A model generated the notes under the pieces. That model worked only from the letters and a program-made list of their open reading frames with translations, searched no databases and was not told the DNA's origin. A stretch of DNA of 64,000 nucleotides, from NCBI GenBank assembly GCA_046292385.1, contig JBKBRF010000022.1, forward strand, positions 1 through 64,000, in the 5' to 3' direction. Position 1 is the stretch's first letter. Every line of letters starts with the position of its first letter. This stretch comes from Armatimonadota bacterium (GTDB lineage Bacteria; Armatimonadota; SYMT01). Positions 37,802-47,728 of the stretch are shown here, piece after piece. Position numbers and translations under genes: made by a program.

Positions 37802-39940
37802 ATGACAGATCCTGCCGTGTTCCCGCGGCGCTCCTCCGCTCCGGAGGAGCGAGGGCACGTGGATTCGTGCCTGCTGCTTGTTCACTGGGCGGAAGTAGTC
37901 CGTCACCTGCCGGGCTGCTCTCCCGCGCTCCTGTCCCACGCCCTGCACCGGCGCCTGGGGACGGAATTCACCGACCTCCGCGGCCTGGCGGTGCTCCCCG
38001 CGACCGCCGGGGAGGAGCTGCGGCGAGTCTTTGAATGCTGGGGCATCGAGTGCGAAGCCCCGGAGCGCCACCACTCCCTGGAAGAGCTGCTCTCCCGCCG
38101 CCAGATCACGGCCAACACGGTCCTGGCGGTGACCACCACCACCTCCGGCGAAGAGGCGGTGGCGGCGGCGCGCGGGCTGGGGGCGCGGGTGACGATCTGG
38201 ACTCCGGAGGCGACCGCCGGCGCTGCCTGCAGCGGGGCGGAGCTCCGGCGGCTCCAGGACGAGCTCCACCTGGAGACGGCGCATCCGGTCGGCCTCTTCG
38301 TCGACTGGCCCTACGTCCTGCGGACGCCGCAGGCAGACGGCGACGCGCCCCGGACGACGCTCGCCTACCGGCTGCTGTGGGCGGCGCGCCTCACCGGATC
38401 GCTCGTCACCGCCCGCTTCTTCGGCATCGACGGCTGCCCCCACGGGGCGGACCTGGCCGGCGTCGCGGCGGCGTGGCCGGAGCTCTCCGTGAACGCGTCG
38501 GAGGCGGAGGGGCCGATGCGCGCGGAGCTGGAGGCGCTGCTGGACGATCCACACGCGCCCCACACCTGGATTCTCACCACGGAGGCACCGTGGCTTCCGG
38601 AGCTCGCGGAGCGGGCACGCTCCCGCGGGATCCGCGTGCTCTGGTGGCGCGCCCGGCCGGCCGGGGAAAGCGCCCCGCCGGAGTGGACGCTGGACGGCTG
38701 CTCGGACCTGAGCCCGCTGCTGGCGGCGCCGGCCCACCCGGACGCCTGGCATCCCCAGGCGCCGATCCGGGCCAGCCAAACCGTAGTCCGGGCGCGGGTG
38801 GAGCCGCGGCCGCCGGCCGGCACCGCCCCGGCCGGCGCGGCGCCGGGACCGATCCCCGCCGACGCCCGACTGGGACCCTGGCTGCGGCTGCTGTTCTACA
38901 CGGAGTGCGCCCTGCGGCGGCACGGGTGGAGCCGGATCTCACTGCGGCGGCTCGCGGCGCACCTCGCGGAGTCCGAGGAGTTCGGTCCCACCACCGCCAA
39001 CAGCCTCGTCTGGCTGAACCGCGCCCGCGACGAGGGGCTGCTCCTCTTCGACCAGGAGACGCGCAGCGGGGAGATCTCCCACCGCGTCACCGTCTGCCAC
39101 CCCAATCCGGAGCACCCGCTCACTCGCACGTCGGTGGAGGTGCCGGACCGCTGCCTACGCCTGCTCCGCCAGATGCTTCACCGCATGCCGTGGGTCAGCT
39201 TCAAGCTGCTGCGGAACGTGCTGCTGCGAGAGCAGTGGCTCGGGGGCCCGCCCTACTTCCTCGACGAAGCGGCCGTGGACGAATGGCTCAACTTCCTCAT
39301 CCAGTGCAGCGCCGTGCGGATGAGCAAGGAGCCGAACATCGAGAACCCGGAGTACCCGGTCACCGCCCTGCGCCTGAACGAGCAGCACCCGGTGGCGCGC
39401 GCCTACGTCCCCACCCCGGAAGAGGCGCGCCGCCTCGGCGCGGAGCGCGCCGTGCTGGCGATCGACCACTTCCTGATCCGCAACCGCAAGCCGTGGATGG
39501 CGATGGGCGCGCTGCGCCGCAGCCTCTCCGCGATCCACCGGGAAGAGCTGCAGACCCTGCTGCAGGGGCTGCAGAACCTCGGCGCGCTCGTCACCGAGAG
39601 CTACCCGAACCCGCAGAAGGAGCACGCCACCACCGGCTGCCGGCTGCGGCGGGACGAGCCGTTCGTTAAGGGGACGCTGCAGACTCGGGACCTGATCGTC
39701 AGCGTGGCGCAGGGCCAGCAGCAGGGTCGGGGCTGGATCCCGCTCTCCGGCCTGGAAGCCGAGCTCGACGCGCGGCTCGACGCCGCCCCCGCGGAGCGAC
39801 GCGCCTGGATCCGGCTGCTTCGCGACGAAGGGCTGCTGGAGCTCGACCAGGAGCACGACGCGGAGGAGGACGAGCCGTGGGGAGACACCCGCTGCCGCCT
39901 GAACGCCGCCGACCCGGTGGTGCGCCAGATCGTCGGCTAA
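37802..39940 (+). CDS. Hypothetical protein: two degenerate NYN-like domains plus four winged-helix-like repeats
   Basis: See findings; internal repeats visible in the translation. Confidence 0.6.
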   Translation: MTDPAVFPRRSSAPEERGHVDSCLLLVHWAEVVRHLPGCSPALLSHALHRRLGTEFTDLRGLAVLPATAGEELRRVFECWGIECEAPERHHSLEELLSRRQITANTVLAVTTTTSGEEAVAAARGLGARVTIWTPEATAGAACSGAELRRLQDELHLETAHPVGLFVDWPYVLRTPQADGDAPRTTLAYRLLWAARLTGSLVTARFFGIDGCPHGADLAGVAAAWPELSVNASEAEGPMRAELEALLDDPHAPHTWILTTEAPWLPELAERARSRGIRVLWWRARPAGESAPPEWTLDGCSDLSPLLAAPAHPDAWHPQAPIRASQTVVRARVEPRPPAGTAPAGAAPGPIPADARLGPWLRLLFYTECALRRHGWSRISLRRLAAHLAESEEFGPTTANSLVWLNRARDEGLLLFDQETRSGEISHRVTVCHPNPEHPLTRTSVEVPDRCLRLLRQMLHRMPWVSFKLLRNVLLREQWLGGPPYFLDEAAVDEWLNFLIQCSAVRMSKEPNIENPEYPVTALRLNEQHPVARAYVPTPEEARRLGAERAVLAIDHFLIRNRKPWMAMGALRRSLSAIHREELQTLLQGLQNLGALVTESYPNPQKEHATTGCRLRRDEPFVKGTLQTRDLIVSVAQGQQQGRGWIPLSGLEAELDARLDAAPAERRAWIRLLRDEGLLELDQEHDAEEDEPWGDTRCRLNAADPVVRQIVG

Positions 39941-40061
39941 GAAGCCTCCACCCGGGCTGGGGATAGGACTGCCGGCGAGAGGGCACCTACGCGGGCGCCG
40001 GTACAGTCCGGCGGTGTGGACCCGGCCGGGCGGTGGTATCCTGACGAAGGAGGATTCAAGG

Positions 40062-40919
40062 ATGCAGCGGCGACCCCTGGGCAGGACCGGAGAGGAGCTC
40101 TCGATCATCGGCTTCGGCGGCATCGTGGTGATGGACGTCGACCCGTCCGAGGCCGCGTCGGCGGTTGCGGAAGCGGTCGACCGCGGCATCAACTACTTCG
40201 ACGTCGCCCCCAGCTACGGAAACGCCGAAGAGCGCCTCGGTCCCGCGCTGGAGCCGTACCGGGACCGCGTTTTTCTCGCCTGCAAGACGATGAAGCGCTC
40301 CCGCGAGGAAGCCGCGGAGGAGCTGCGGCAGTCGCTCACCCGGCTCCGCACCGACCGCTTCGACCTCTATCAGCTCCACGCGATGACGACGCGGGAGGAC
40401 CTGGAGACCGCGACCGGCCCCGGCGGCGCGCTGGAGGCGATCCTGGAAGCCCGGGAGCAGGGCCTCGTCCGGCACGTCGGCTTCAGCGCCCACAACGTGG
40501 AGGTCGCGCTGGAGCTGATGGACCGCTTCCCGTTCGACAGCATCCTCTTCCCGATCAACTGGACCGAGTACTTCCACGCCGGCTTCGGGCCGCAGGTGGT
40601 GGAGAAGGCGGTCGAGAAGGTGGTCGGCCGGCTCGCGCTCAAGGCGATGGCGCGGCAGAAGTGGCCGGAGGGCGCGGACCGCGACACGTGGCCCAAGTGC
40701 TGGTACGAGCCGTGCCAGGATCCCGCCGAGGCGGCGCTGGCGCTCCGCTTCACCCTGAGCCAGCCGGTCACCGCGGCGATCCCTCCCGGGGACCTCCACT
40801 TCCTGCGGCAGGCGATCCGCGTGGCGGAGAGCTTCGAGCCGATCTCGGACGCGGAGCGAGACGAGCTGCGCCGGCGCGCGCGGGAGCTGGTGCCGTTCTT
40901 CGAGCTCACCCCCGCCTGA
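40062..40919 (+). CDS. Aldo/keto reductase
   Basis: LGRTG..SIIGFGG, GINYFDVAPSYG, DLYQLH, RHVGFSAH; RBS AAGGAGG. Confidence 0.92.
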   Translation: MQRRPLGRTGEELSIIGFGGIVVMDVDPSEAASAVAEAVDRGINYFDVAPSYGNAEERLGPALEPYRDRVFLACKTMKRSREEAAEELRQSLTRLRTDRFDLYQLHAMTTREDLETATGPGGALEAILEAREQGLVRHVGFSAHNVEVALELMDRFPFDSILFPINWTEYFHAGFGPQVVEKAVEKVVGRLALKAMARQKWPEGADRDTWPKCWYEPCQDPAEAALALRFTLSQPVTAAIPPGDLHFLRQAIRVAESFEPISDAERDELRRRARELVPFFELTPA

Positions 40920-40972
40920 TCGGCGCTTCCGGGTGGGAGCGAGTGTGCCCCCACGCTCCCACCCGGACCCAG

Positions 40973-41995
40973 CTACGGCTTCTGATCCCCTTCCGGGAGC
41001 AGGAACTGCGGCTCCTTCGCCGCCCCCTTGGGCTGGAGCGGCGGGGTCTCAATCCTCGGCAGAGACACCCCCTGCGGCTGCGCCGGCTGCCGGCGCTGGG
41101 GTGCGTCCGTCCGCGGGGCCGGGTGCCGCGCGCTCTCCGCGTGCGCGTCCCCCGCTACGTGCCCCGTCAGGATCGACTCCCGGACCTGCGACATCACGTC
41201 GGCCAGTCCGCCCGGCGTGTGCGGGATCATCACGGTGTTGGTGCGGCTGCTGCCGCCCACTTCCTTCAGCATGTCGAAGTACTGCGTGAGCAGGATGAGC
41301 TGCATTACGTCGGCCGGCGTCGCGCCCGGCACGCCCGCCTGGAAGCTCTCCACGCTCTCCCGAAGTCCTTCGACGATCGCTTTCCGCTGGCCCGCGATCC
41401 CCTGGCCGTGCAGGATCGTCGACTCCGCGGAGCCCTGCGCCTGCTTCACTTTCAGGATGCGCTCCGCCTCGCCGCGCTCCTCCGCCGCCTTCCGCAGGCG
41501 AGTGGCGGCGTTGATCTCGTTCATCGCGTCCTTGACCTTGGCATCCGGGTTGATGTCGTTCACCAGCGCGCGGACGATGCCGTAGCCGTACTGGGTCATC
41601 GTCTCCTGCAGGTTCTGCTTCACGGCGGTGGCGATCTCGTCCTTGTTCTGGAACACCTCGTCCAGCGGCATCCCCGGCACGGCGGAGCGGACCTCGTCGA
41701 AGATGTACGACTCGATCTGCGTGATCGGGTCGGCCAACTCGTAGAACGCCTCCTTCACCCGCTCCGGGATCACGTAGTACTGCACCGCGATCAGCAGGTG
41801 CACGAAGACGTCGTCCTTCGTCTTCGTCTCCACGTTCACCTGCAGCTCCTGCACCTTGAGCGAGACGCGCCCCGCCACGCTCTGCCACGGCAGCACCAGG
41901 TAGGTGCCGGCGTGCAGCACCTTCTCGAACCGTCCCCACGACTCGACCACGGCCGCGGTCTTCTGCCTCACGACGATGAAGTATGGAATCAACAT
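40973..41995 (-). CDS. SPFH/band 7 domain protein
   Basis: VETKTKDDVFV, DEVRSAVP, AMNEINAA, LTQYFDMLKE. Confidence 0.92.
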   Translation of the reverse strand: MLIPYFIVVRQKTAAVVESWGRFEKVLHAGTYLVLPWQSVAGRVSLKVQELQVNVETKTKDDVFVHLLIAVQYYVIPERVKEAFYELADPITQIESYIFDEVRSAVPGMPLDEVFQNKDEIATAVKQNLQETMTQYGYGIVRALVNDINPDAKVKDAMNEINAATRLRKAAEERGEAERILKVKQAQGSAESTILHGQGIAGQRKAIVEGLRESVESFQAGVPGATPADVMQLILLTQYFDMLKEVGGSSRTNTVMIPHTPGGLADVMSQVRESILTGHVAGDAHAESARHPAPRTDAPQRRQPAQPQGVSLPRIETPPLQPKGAAKEPQFLLPEGDQKP

Positions 41996-42159
41996 GGCTC
42001 CGCTCTCTCCTCTTCCGGTGTCACTTTGGGTCCAGGTTCCGCTTCGGCCCCGCCGCGGCCTCTCTCGGCCTCCACTCCACGAAACGCGGGAAACACGCGC
42101 CGGTTGCGGTACCGGGATGCCCCCGGCGACTTCGCGTGCGGCTCGGGTAGAATGCCGGT

Positions 42160-43680
42160 ATGCCCCTGGGAACGGTGAGCGTGGTCTACGGGCCGCGGTG
42201 CGAGGTGATGGACGGCGGCGTCGCCCTCCCCTGCCTGCTGCGCGGCCGGCTGAAGCTGGCGGCGGGCTCGCTGGCGGTTGGGGACCGGGTGGAGTACCGG
42301 CGGGTCGATGAATGCACCGGCGTGGTAGAGCGCGTGCTGGAGCGGCGGAACCAGCTGGCGCGCCCCGCGCGGGAGCGGACCCGCCGCCGGGGCGCCGGCC
42401 CGGCCCCGGAGCAGGTGGTGCTCGCCAACCCGGACCAGGTGGTCTTCGTCGCCGCCGCGCGCGACCCCGGGATCCACTTCGAGCTGATGGACCGCGCGCT
42501 GGCGCTCGCCCGCGCCTCCCGCCTGCCGGCGGCGATCTGCGTCAACAAGATCGACCTGGCGCCGCGCGGCGAGATCGAGCGCCTGATGCGCCCGTACGAG
42601 CAGCTCGGCATCCCGGTGGTCTACACCAGCGCGGAGCAGCGCAGCGGCCTGGAGGCGCTCCGCCCCTACCTACAGGACCGCCTCTCGTTCTTCTGGGGCG
42701 GCTCCGGCGTGGGGAAGTCGAGCCTCATCCGCGCCCTCACCGGCGAGGAAGTGCGAGTCGGCCGGTGGCGCACCGACAACCCGCGCGGGCCGCACACCAC
42801 CAACGTTACCCGGCTCTACCCGCTGCCGTTCGGCGGGCTGATCGCCGACACGCCCGGCTTCGACTGGCTGGAGCTCGACACGGTCCAGGAGGACGAAGAC
42901 ACGCGCGTGGACGCGCTGCTCCCGGAGGCGGCGGATCACGCGCCGCTCTGCCGCTTCCCCGCCTGCTCCCACTGCGGAGAGCCGGACTGCGCGGTGATGG
43001 CGGCGGTCGTGGCGGGAGAGATCGACCGCGGCCGGTACGCGCGGTTCCGTGCGGAGATGGCGGAGACGCTGCCCACGCCGGACCTGCCGCTGGAGTTGTA
43101 TGCGGAAGGCGACGACCTGCTCTTCCGGATGCGGGAGGGCAATAGCTCGCTCTGGACCACCTTCCGCTTCTTCCACCTCTTCCAGCGGGAGCGTCCGGAG
43201 CGCGCGGGACTGCTGGGGGCGCTCGGCGCGCCGGCGGACGGTCGCGACCACTACTGGGCGGTCTTCCAGGAGAAATGGCTCGGCACCGAGAGCCGATCCG
43301 TGCTGCAGGCGAAGCTGACCTGGCTCTCCTCCGCGGTGAGCCCGCCGGAGCCGGGCGAGGAGGTGGTGCTGCGCGACCGCGGCATCGTCCGCGGAATCGG
43401 CCGCGTCCGAGAGCTCCGGCCGGCCGCCCACCCGTGGCGGCTCCGCCAGCCGCTGAAGGGCACCGCCATCTACGAGGCACGCGCGTTCTGGACCGACCTC
43501 AAACCGCCTGCCGGGGTGGAGCTTCCGGAAATCTCCGGAGAACTGCTCGTGCTCGGTTCAATCGACCGCTTCGAGGTGATCCCGGAGCTCGGAATGGGCG
43601 TGCTTACGCGGCAAGAGGCCGGCTGGGTGCTAGACTTTCTGGAGGTCGGCAGCGCGGAAGACGCCCTGGCCCACGGGTAA
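42160..43680 (+). CDS. rsgA: Ribosome small subunit-dependent GTPase A with ~200 aa C-terminal extension
   Basis: NKID, GGSGVGKSS, HTT, DTPG, CRFPACSHCGEPDC Zn site. Confidence 0.85.
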   Translation: MPLGTVSVVYGPRCEVMDGGVALPCLLRGRLKLAAGSLAVGDRVEYRRVDECTGVVERVLERRNQLARPARERTRRRGAGPAPEQVVLANPDQVVFVAAARDPGIHFELMDRALALARASRLPAAICVNKIDLAPRGEIERLMRPYEQLGIPVVYTSAEQRSGLEALRPYLQDRLSFFWGGSGVGKSSLIRALTGEEVRVGRWRTDNPRGPHTTNVTRLYPLPFGGLIADTPGFDWLELDTVQEDEDTRVDALLPEAADHAPLCRFPACSHCGEPDCAVMAAVVAGEIDRGRYARFRAEMAETLPTPDLPLELYAEGDDLLFRMREGNSSLWTTFRFFHLFQRERPERAGLLGALGAPADGRDHYWAVFQEKWLGTESRSVLQAKLTWLSSAVSPPEPGEEVVLRDRGIVRGIGRVRELRPAAHPWRLRQPLKGTAIYEARAFWTDLKPPAGVELPEISGELLVLGSIDRFEVIPELGMGVLTRQEAGWVLDFLEVGSAEDALAHG

Positions 43681-43799
43681 CGAACCGTGTTGCAGGTTTG
43701 CAAGTTGTCAGGTTGGCAGGCTCACTGTCCCCGACGAGCGGGTTCGGAACCTGTAACTTGCAACCTGGCAACCTGTTATTGGCTCGGAGTTGACGTCGA

Positions 43800-44477
43800 A
43801 TGCAGCATCTGATCGAAGGGCTTCACCAGTTCCGTACGGATATCTTCAGCTCGCAGCGGGAGCTGTTCGAGCGGCTCGCCCACGGGCAGCGGCCGGAAAC
43901 GCTGTTCATCACCTGTTCGGACTCCCGCGTGAACCCGAATCTGCTCACGCAGACCGGCCCGGGGGAGCTGTTCATCCTGAGAAATGCCGGAAACATCGTG
44001 CCGCCGGCCGGCGCGCCGGTGAGCGGCTCCGCGGCGACGATCGAGTACGCGGTGGAGGCGCTGGGCGTGCGAGACATCATCGTCTGCGGCCACTCACTCT
44101 GCGGCGCGATGGATGGCCTGCTCCGCCCGGAGCAGCTCGAGCGCCTGCCGTTGATGCAGGCCTGGCTCTCGCACGCGCGGAAGACCGGAGAGATCGTGCG
44201 GGAGAACTATCGCCACCTGTCCGGCGAGGCGCTGCTGATGGCGGCCATCGCGGAAAACGTGCTGGTGCAGCTGGAGCACCTCCGCAGCTATCCGGTGGTC
44301 TCCCAGGCGATCGATGAAGGGCGTCTCACCCTGCACGGCTGGGTCTACAAGTTCCAGACGGCGGAAGTCTTCGCCTACGACCCGGAGCAGGGGCAGTTCA
44401 CGCCGCTCGCCGCGTCACTCGGCTCCTCGCTCCCGGGCCTCGTCCCGAGCGCCCACCCTACCGGCCCCATCAGCTAA
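43800..44477 (+). CDS. Beta-class carbonic anhydrase
   Basis: CSDSR, RNAGN, HSLCG. Confidence 0.95.
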   Translation: MQHLIEGLHQFRTDIFSSQRELFERLAHGQRPETLFITCSDSRVNPNLLTQTGPGELFILRNAGNIVPPAGAPVSGSAATIEYAVEALGVRDIIVCGHSLCGAMDGLLRPEQLERLPLMQAWLSHARKTGEIVRENYRHLSGEALLMAAIAENVLVQLEHLRSYPVVSQAIDEGRLTLHGWVYKFQTAEVFAYDPEQGQFTPLAASLGSSLPGLVPSAHPTGPIS

Positions 44478-45773
44478 TCAGCGAGAGCGGGCCGTGAGCG
44501 CGCTGAAGACCTCCTCGACGCCGGCCGCCATGCGGGCCACGCTGAACCGGTCCAGGACCGCCTCGCGGCCGGCAGCGCCGAGAGCCCGCGCGCGGTCCGG
44601 GTCGAGGAGCAGCTCTTCGATCGCTTCGGCGAGGGAGAGGGGGTCATCCGGCTCGCACAGTACTCCCCCTCCGGTCTCCGCGATCAGCTCCGGGAACGCC
44701 GCATGACGCGGCTGCACCACCGGTACGCCGGCCGCCAGCGCTTCGAGCACGTAGAGGCCGAACGACTCTCCATAGGTGGCCGGCACGGAGAAGACAGAGA
44801 GCCCGCGCAGGAGCTCGATCTTCTCCTCCCGGCTCACGTTCGGGAGGAACCGCGTATCGGGAGCGAGCCCCTTCTCGGAGAGCCGGTCCTTCATCCGCTC
44901 GACGAACACCTCGTCCGCGGCGGTGCAGGCTCCCGCCACCCGGAGCTGAAGCCGCGGGACGCGGTCCCGCGCGCGGAGGAGCAGGTAGGCCTCCACGAGC
45001 GTCTCCAGCCCCTTGGCGGCGCACATCCGGGCGAGGTACCCGAGCACCGGCGGGTCGGGCCGGGTCGCGGCGGGCGTGTAACCGTCGAGCAGGATGCCGG
45101 GATAGACCGGATGCACCTTCTCCCGCGGCAGGCGAGCCCGGTCGCACATCAGGTCGCCGTAGTAGCGGCTCACCGGGAGGAACGCATTCACGTCCGCGGC
45201 GCGCTCCTGCACCGCGGCCCAGGAGGCGCTCCGCTCCGGCTCCGGGAGCGCGTCGAGGAAGGTGTCCTCTCCCTGCAGCAGGCAGACGATGGCGGCGCCG
45301 GTGCGCTCCTTTAGCCGCCGCGCCAGCCCGAGCAGCAGCGCGTTGGAGAGGCAGATGACGTCCGGCTTGCCTTCGGCCGCCATCCACTCGACCAGCCGCT
45401 CCACTTCCTTCGCCTGGTGGCCCTCTTCTCCGCGCAGCATGGAGAGCGTCAGCTCCCCCAGCTCCCGCGCGCTCGTCATGCCCGCCTTGCGGCCGGCGGC
45501 GCGGAGCAGCGCGGGCGAGTCGAAGAGACGGTCGAGCCAGCGCGGGGTCCGGCGGAAGAGCGACAGCTTCTGCTGCAGGTAGACGTTGATCCCGCCGAAC
45601 AGGACCGGCGTGCCCGCCGTGGCAGGCGGCTCGTCCAGCGCCAGCGGCAGGTACATCGGCACCAGCAGCGCGTCGTGCCCGCGCCGCCGCAGCTCCGAAA
45701 CGAGGGCGTTGTCCCGGATGCAGGTGCCGCAGTAGAAGCTGCCGGTGCCGGCAGTGAGCTGGACGATGCGCAT
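44478..45773 (-). CDS. GT4 family glycosyltransferase with N-terminal CxxC
   Basis: GSFYCGTCIRD; ESFGLYVLEALAAGVPVV. Confidence 0.88.
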   Translation of the reverse strand: MRIVQLTAGTGSFYCGTCIRDNALVSELRRRGHDALLVPMYLPLALDEPPATAGTPVLFGGINVYLQQKLSLFRRTPRWLDRLFDSPALLRAAGRKAGMTSARELGELTLSMLRGEEGHQAKEVERLVEWMAAEGKPDVICLSNALLLGLARRLKERTGAAIVCLLQGEDTFLDALPEPERSASWAAVQERAADVNAFLPVSRYYGDLMCDRARLPREKVHPVYPGILLDGYTPAATRPDPPVLGYLARMCAAKGLETLVEAYLLLRARDRVPRLQLRVAGACTAADEVFVERMKDRLSEKGLAPDTRFLPNVSREEKIELLRGLSVFSVPATYGESFGLYVLEALAAGVPVVQPRHAAFPELIAETGGGVLCEPDDPLSLAEAIEELLLDPDRARALGAAGREAVLDRFSVARMAAGVEEVFSALTARSR

Positions 45774-46328
45774 TCAGTCCTCGGCGGCGGGAAGCGGCGG
45801 CAAGATCTCCAGCACCTCGGCCAGGGCGGCGCCGTCCGGCCGGGAGAGCACGTTGCGGCGGCCGTAAAGGGTCGCCGGCTCGAAGAGGCCCAGCGCCGCC
45901 GCGATCTCCGGGTTCGGCTCCACCGCGAAGAACCCGCTGGGACAGCTCCCGTGCTCGATCTGGTGGATCGCCAGGATCGTGCCCAGGGGACAGCGGCTCT
46001 CCAGGATGAGCGGACGCGCCGCCTCCGGAAACTGGTCGCAGTGGATCACGATGGCACCGTACTCCACCGCCCGCCCGCTGTCGCCGGTCACCAGCACGAC
46101 CTGCCGCATCAACGCGTCGCCTTCCAGCCGGCGCTCCAGCAGCCGCAGGGAGATTCGCTCACCGTGGAACCGCTCCAGGGTCGGCGTCATATCGCGATCG
46201 TGGACCAGCAGGCCCCGGTACGGCTGGGGCATCTCCGGCCCTTCCACCGGCCGCGCCTGCGGCAGCGGCTTGCCCGCGGCGCGATAGAACGCGTCGAGCG
46301 GGTAGAGCAGCGTGTTCACCGGCTCCAT
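45774..46328 (-). CDS. Chorismate lyase (UbiC/UTRA-fold)-like protein
   Basis: LLVHDRDMTPTLE, RQVVL, PLGTIL, YGRR..L, EVLEILP pattern; coupled to both neighbours. Confidence 0.6.
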   Translation of the reverse strand: MEPVNTLLYPLDAFYRAAGKPLPQARPVEGPEMPQPYRGLLVHDRDMTPTLERFHGERISLRLLERRLEGDALMRQVVLVTGDSGRAVEYGAIVIHCDQFPEAARPLILESRCPLGTILAIHQIEHGSCPSGFFAVEPNPEIAAALGLFEPATLYGRRNVLSRPDGAALAEVLEILPPLPAAED

Positions 46329-47686
46329 CAGGCGTAGCGGGCGTTCCGGTGCTGCGGAAGGAAGAATTCGTGAAGCAGGCGGTCGGCCTGCAGGAGGCCC
46401 TCACGGTTGAGGCGCAGCTCGTCGCCCTCGATCGAGAGGAAGCCCCAGTCCTGCAGCCGGGCCATCGGCTCGGCAAACTGCTCGGTGATCTCCGCGCCGA
46501 ACTTCTCCCGGAAGTAGCCGGCGTTCACGTGCCCCAGCTTGAACTGCAGGATCAGCTCGCGGATCAGCCGCTCCTCCGCAGTCGGCGTGAGCGCCCGGTA
46601 GATCGGGAGCCGTCCCGCGTCCAGCTCCGCCAGGTACGGCTCCCAGTTGTGCTGGTTCTGGAAGTGCGTTCCGCCCACGTGCGAGAACGAGGCCACGCCG
46701 AGCCCGATCAGGTCGGCGCCGCTCCAGAGGCAGTCGCGATAGAGGAACTGGGTCCGGCTCGGGTCCTTCACGGCGGTGTAGGCGCTCTTGACCGTGTAAC
46801 CGGCCCCTTCCAGCCGCTCGAAGGCATACTGCACCCAGGCGCGCTTCTTCGCCCAGTTCGCCACCGGCGCCACCTCCGCGCCCTGCTCCCTCATCTCCCG
46901 GAAGATGGTGGTGTTGTACGGGATCTCCATCTGGTAGATCGTCACGCTGTCCGGCGCGAGCTCCAGCGTCCGCGATACGGCGCGCTCCCAGCCCTCGTCG
47001 GTGTCCCCCATCATCCCGGCGATCAGGTCGATGTTCACCTGCGGGAAGTCGTTGTCGCGGATGAAGCCGTAGGCGCGGTCGATCTCCTTGGCGCCGTGCG
47101 CGCGTCCGTTCAGCTTCAGCGTGCGCTCGTCGAAGTGCTCCACACCGAGGGAGAGCCGCGTGACGCCCATCTCCCGCAGGAACTTGACCTTCGGCTCGCT
47201 GAGCGTGCCCGGCTCGCACTCGAACGTCACCTCTTCGGCCTCGTCCCACGACAGGAGCTGCTTCATCCCGTCGGTGAGGTAGGTGAGCTGTCGAGTGGAG
47301 AGATACGAGGGCGTGCCGCCCCCGAAGTAGATGAACTTCGGCTTCCGGCCGCCGAGGAACGGCTTCTCCACGTAGAGCGAGAGCTCCCGCAGCGCCGCGT
47401 CGAGGTAGCCCTGGATCTCGGAGGAGTTCTTGTCCGTGTAGACCCGGAAATAGCAGAAGTGGCAGCGGCGGCGGCAGAACGGAATATGGAGGTACTGGCC
47501 CAGGACGGTTCCCGGAGCCGGCTCCCGCTCCAGCGCCGCGCGGGCGTCGGCGGCCTGGTCGGTCGACCAGAACGAGTAAGGGGGGTAGTTGGAGACGAAA
47601 TAGTTGCCTACCCGCGTCTCTTCATCCGATTCGATCTGGATGAGCTGCCCGGCTCCGGTCGTGCTCGTCTGCGCCGCTGTCGACAT
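46328..47686 (-). CDS. HemN-like (class C-type) radical SAM enzyme
   Basis: HIPFCRRRCHFCYF CxxxCxxC, YFGGGTPS, RLSLGV, NIDLIAG, GLGVAS. Confidence 0.9.
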   Translation of the reverse strand: MSTAAQTSTTGAGQLIQIESDEETRVGNYFVSNYPPYSFWSTDQAADARAALEREPAPGTVLGQYLHIPFCRRRCHFCYFRVYTDKNSSEIQGYLDAALRELSLYVEKPFLGGRKPKFIYFGGGTPSYLSTRQLTYLTDGMKQLLSWDEAEEVTFECEPGTLSEPKVKFLREMGVTRLSLGVEHFDERTLKLNGRAHGAKEIDRAYGFIRDNDFPQVNIDLIAGMMGDTDEGWERAVSRTLELAPDSVTIYQMEIPYNTTIFREMREQGAEVAPVANWAKKRAWVQYAFERLEGAGYTVKSAYTAVKDPSRTQFLYRDCLWSGADLIGLGVASFSHVGGTHFQNQHNWEPYLAELDAGRLPIYRALTPTAEERLIRELILQFKLGHVNAGYFREKFGAEITEQFAEPMARLQDWGFLSIEGDELRLNREGLLQADRLLHEFFLPQHRNARYA

Positions 47687-47728
47687 CGTGCTGGTCCTCT
47701 ATTCGTCCGCCGTCCTCGTGCCGGACCG

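Noticed and set aside
43800..44477. Carbonic anhydrase as part of the minus-strand cluster
   Set aside because: Opposite strand and convergent; no evidence of shared transcription
46328..47686. Calling the radical SAM enzyme hemN
   Set aside because: Lacks the fourth Cys after the cluster motif and has no heme-pathway context
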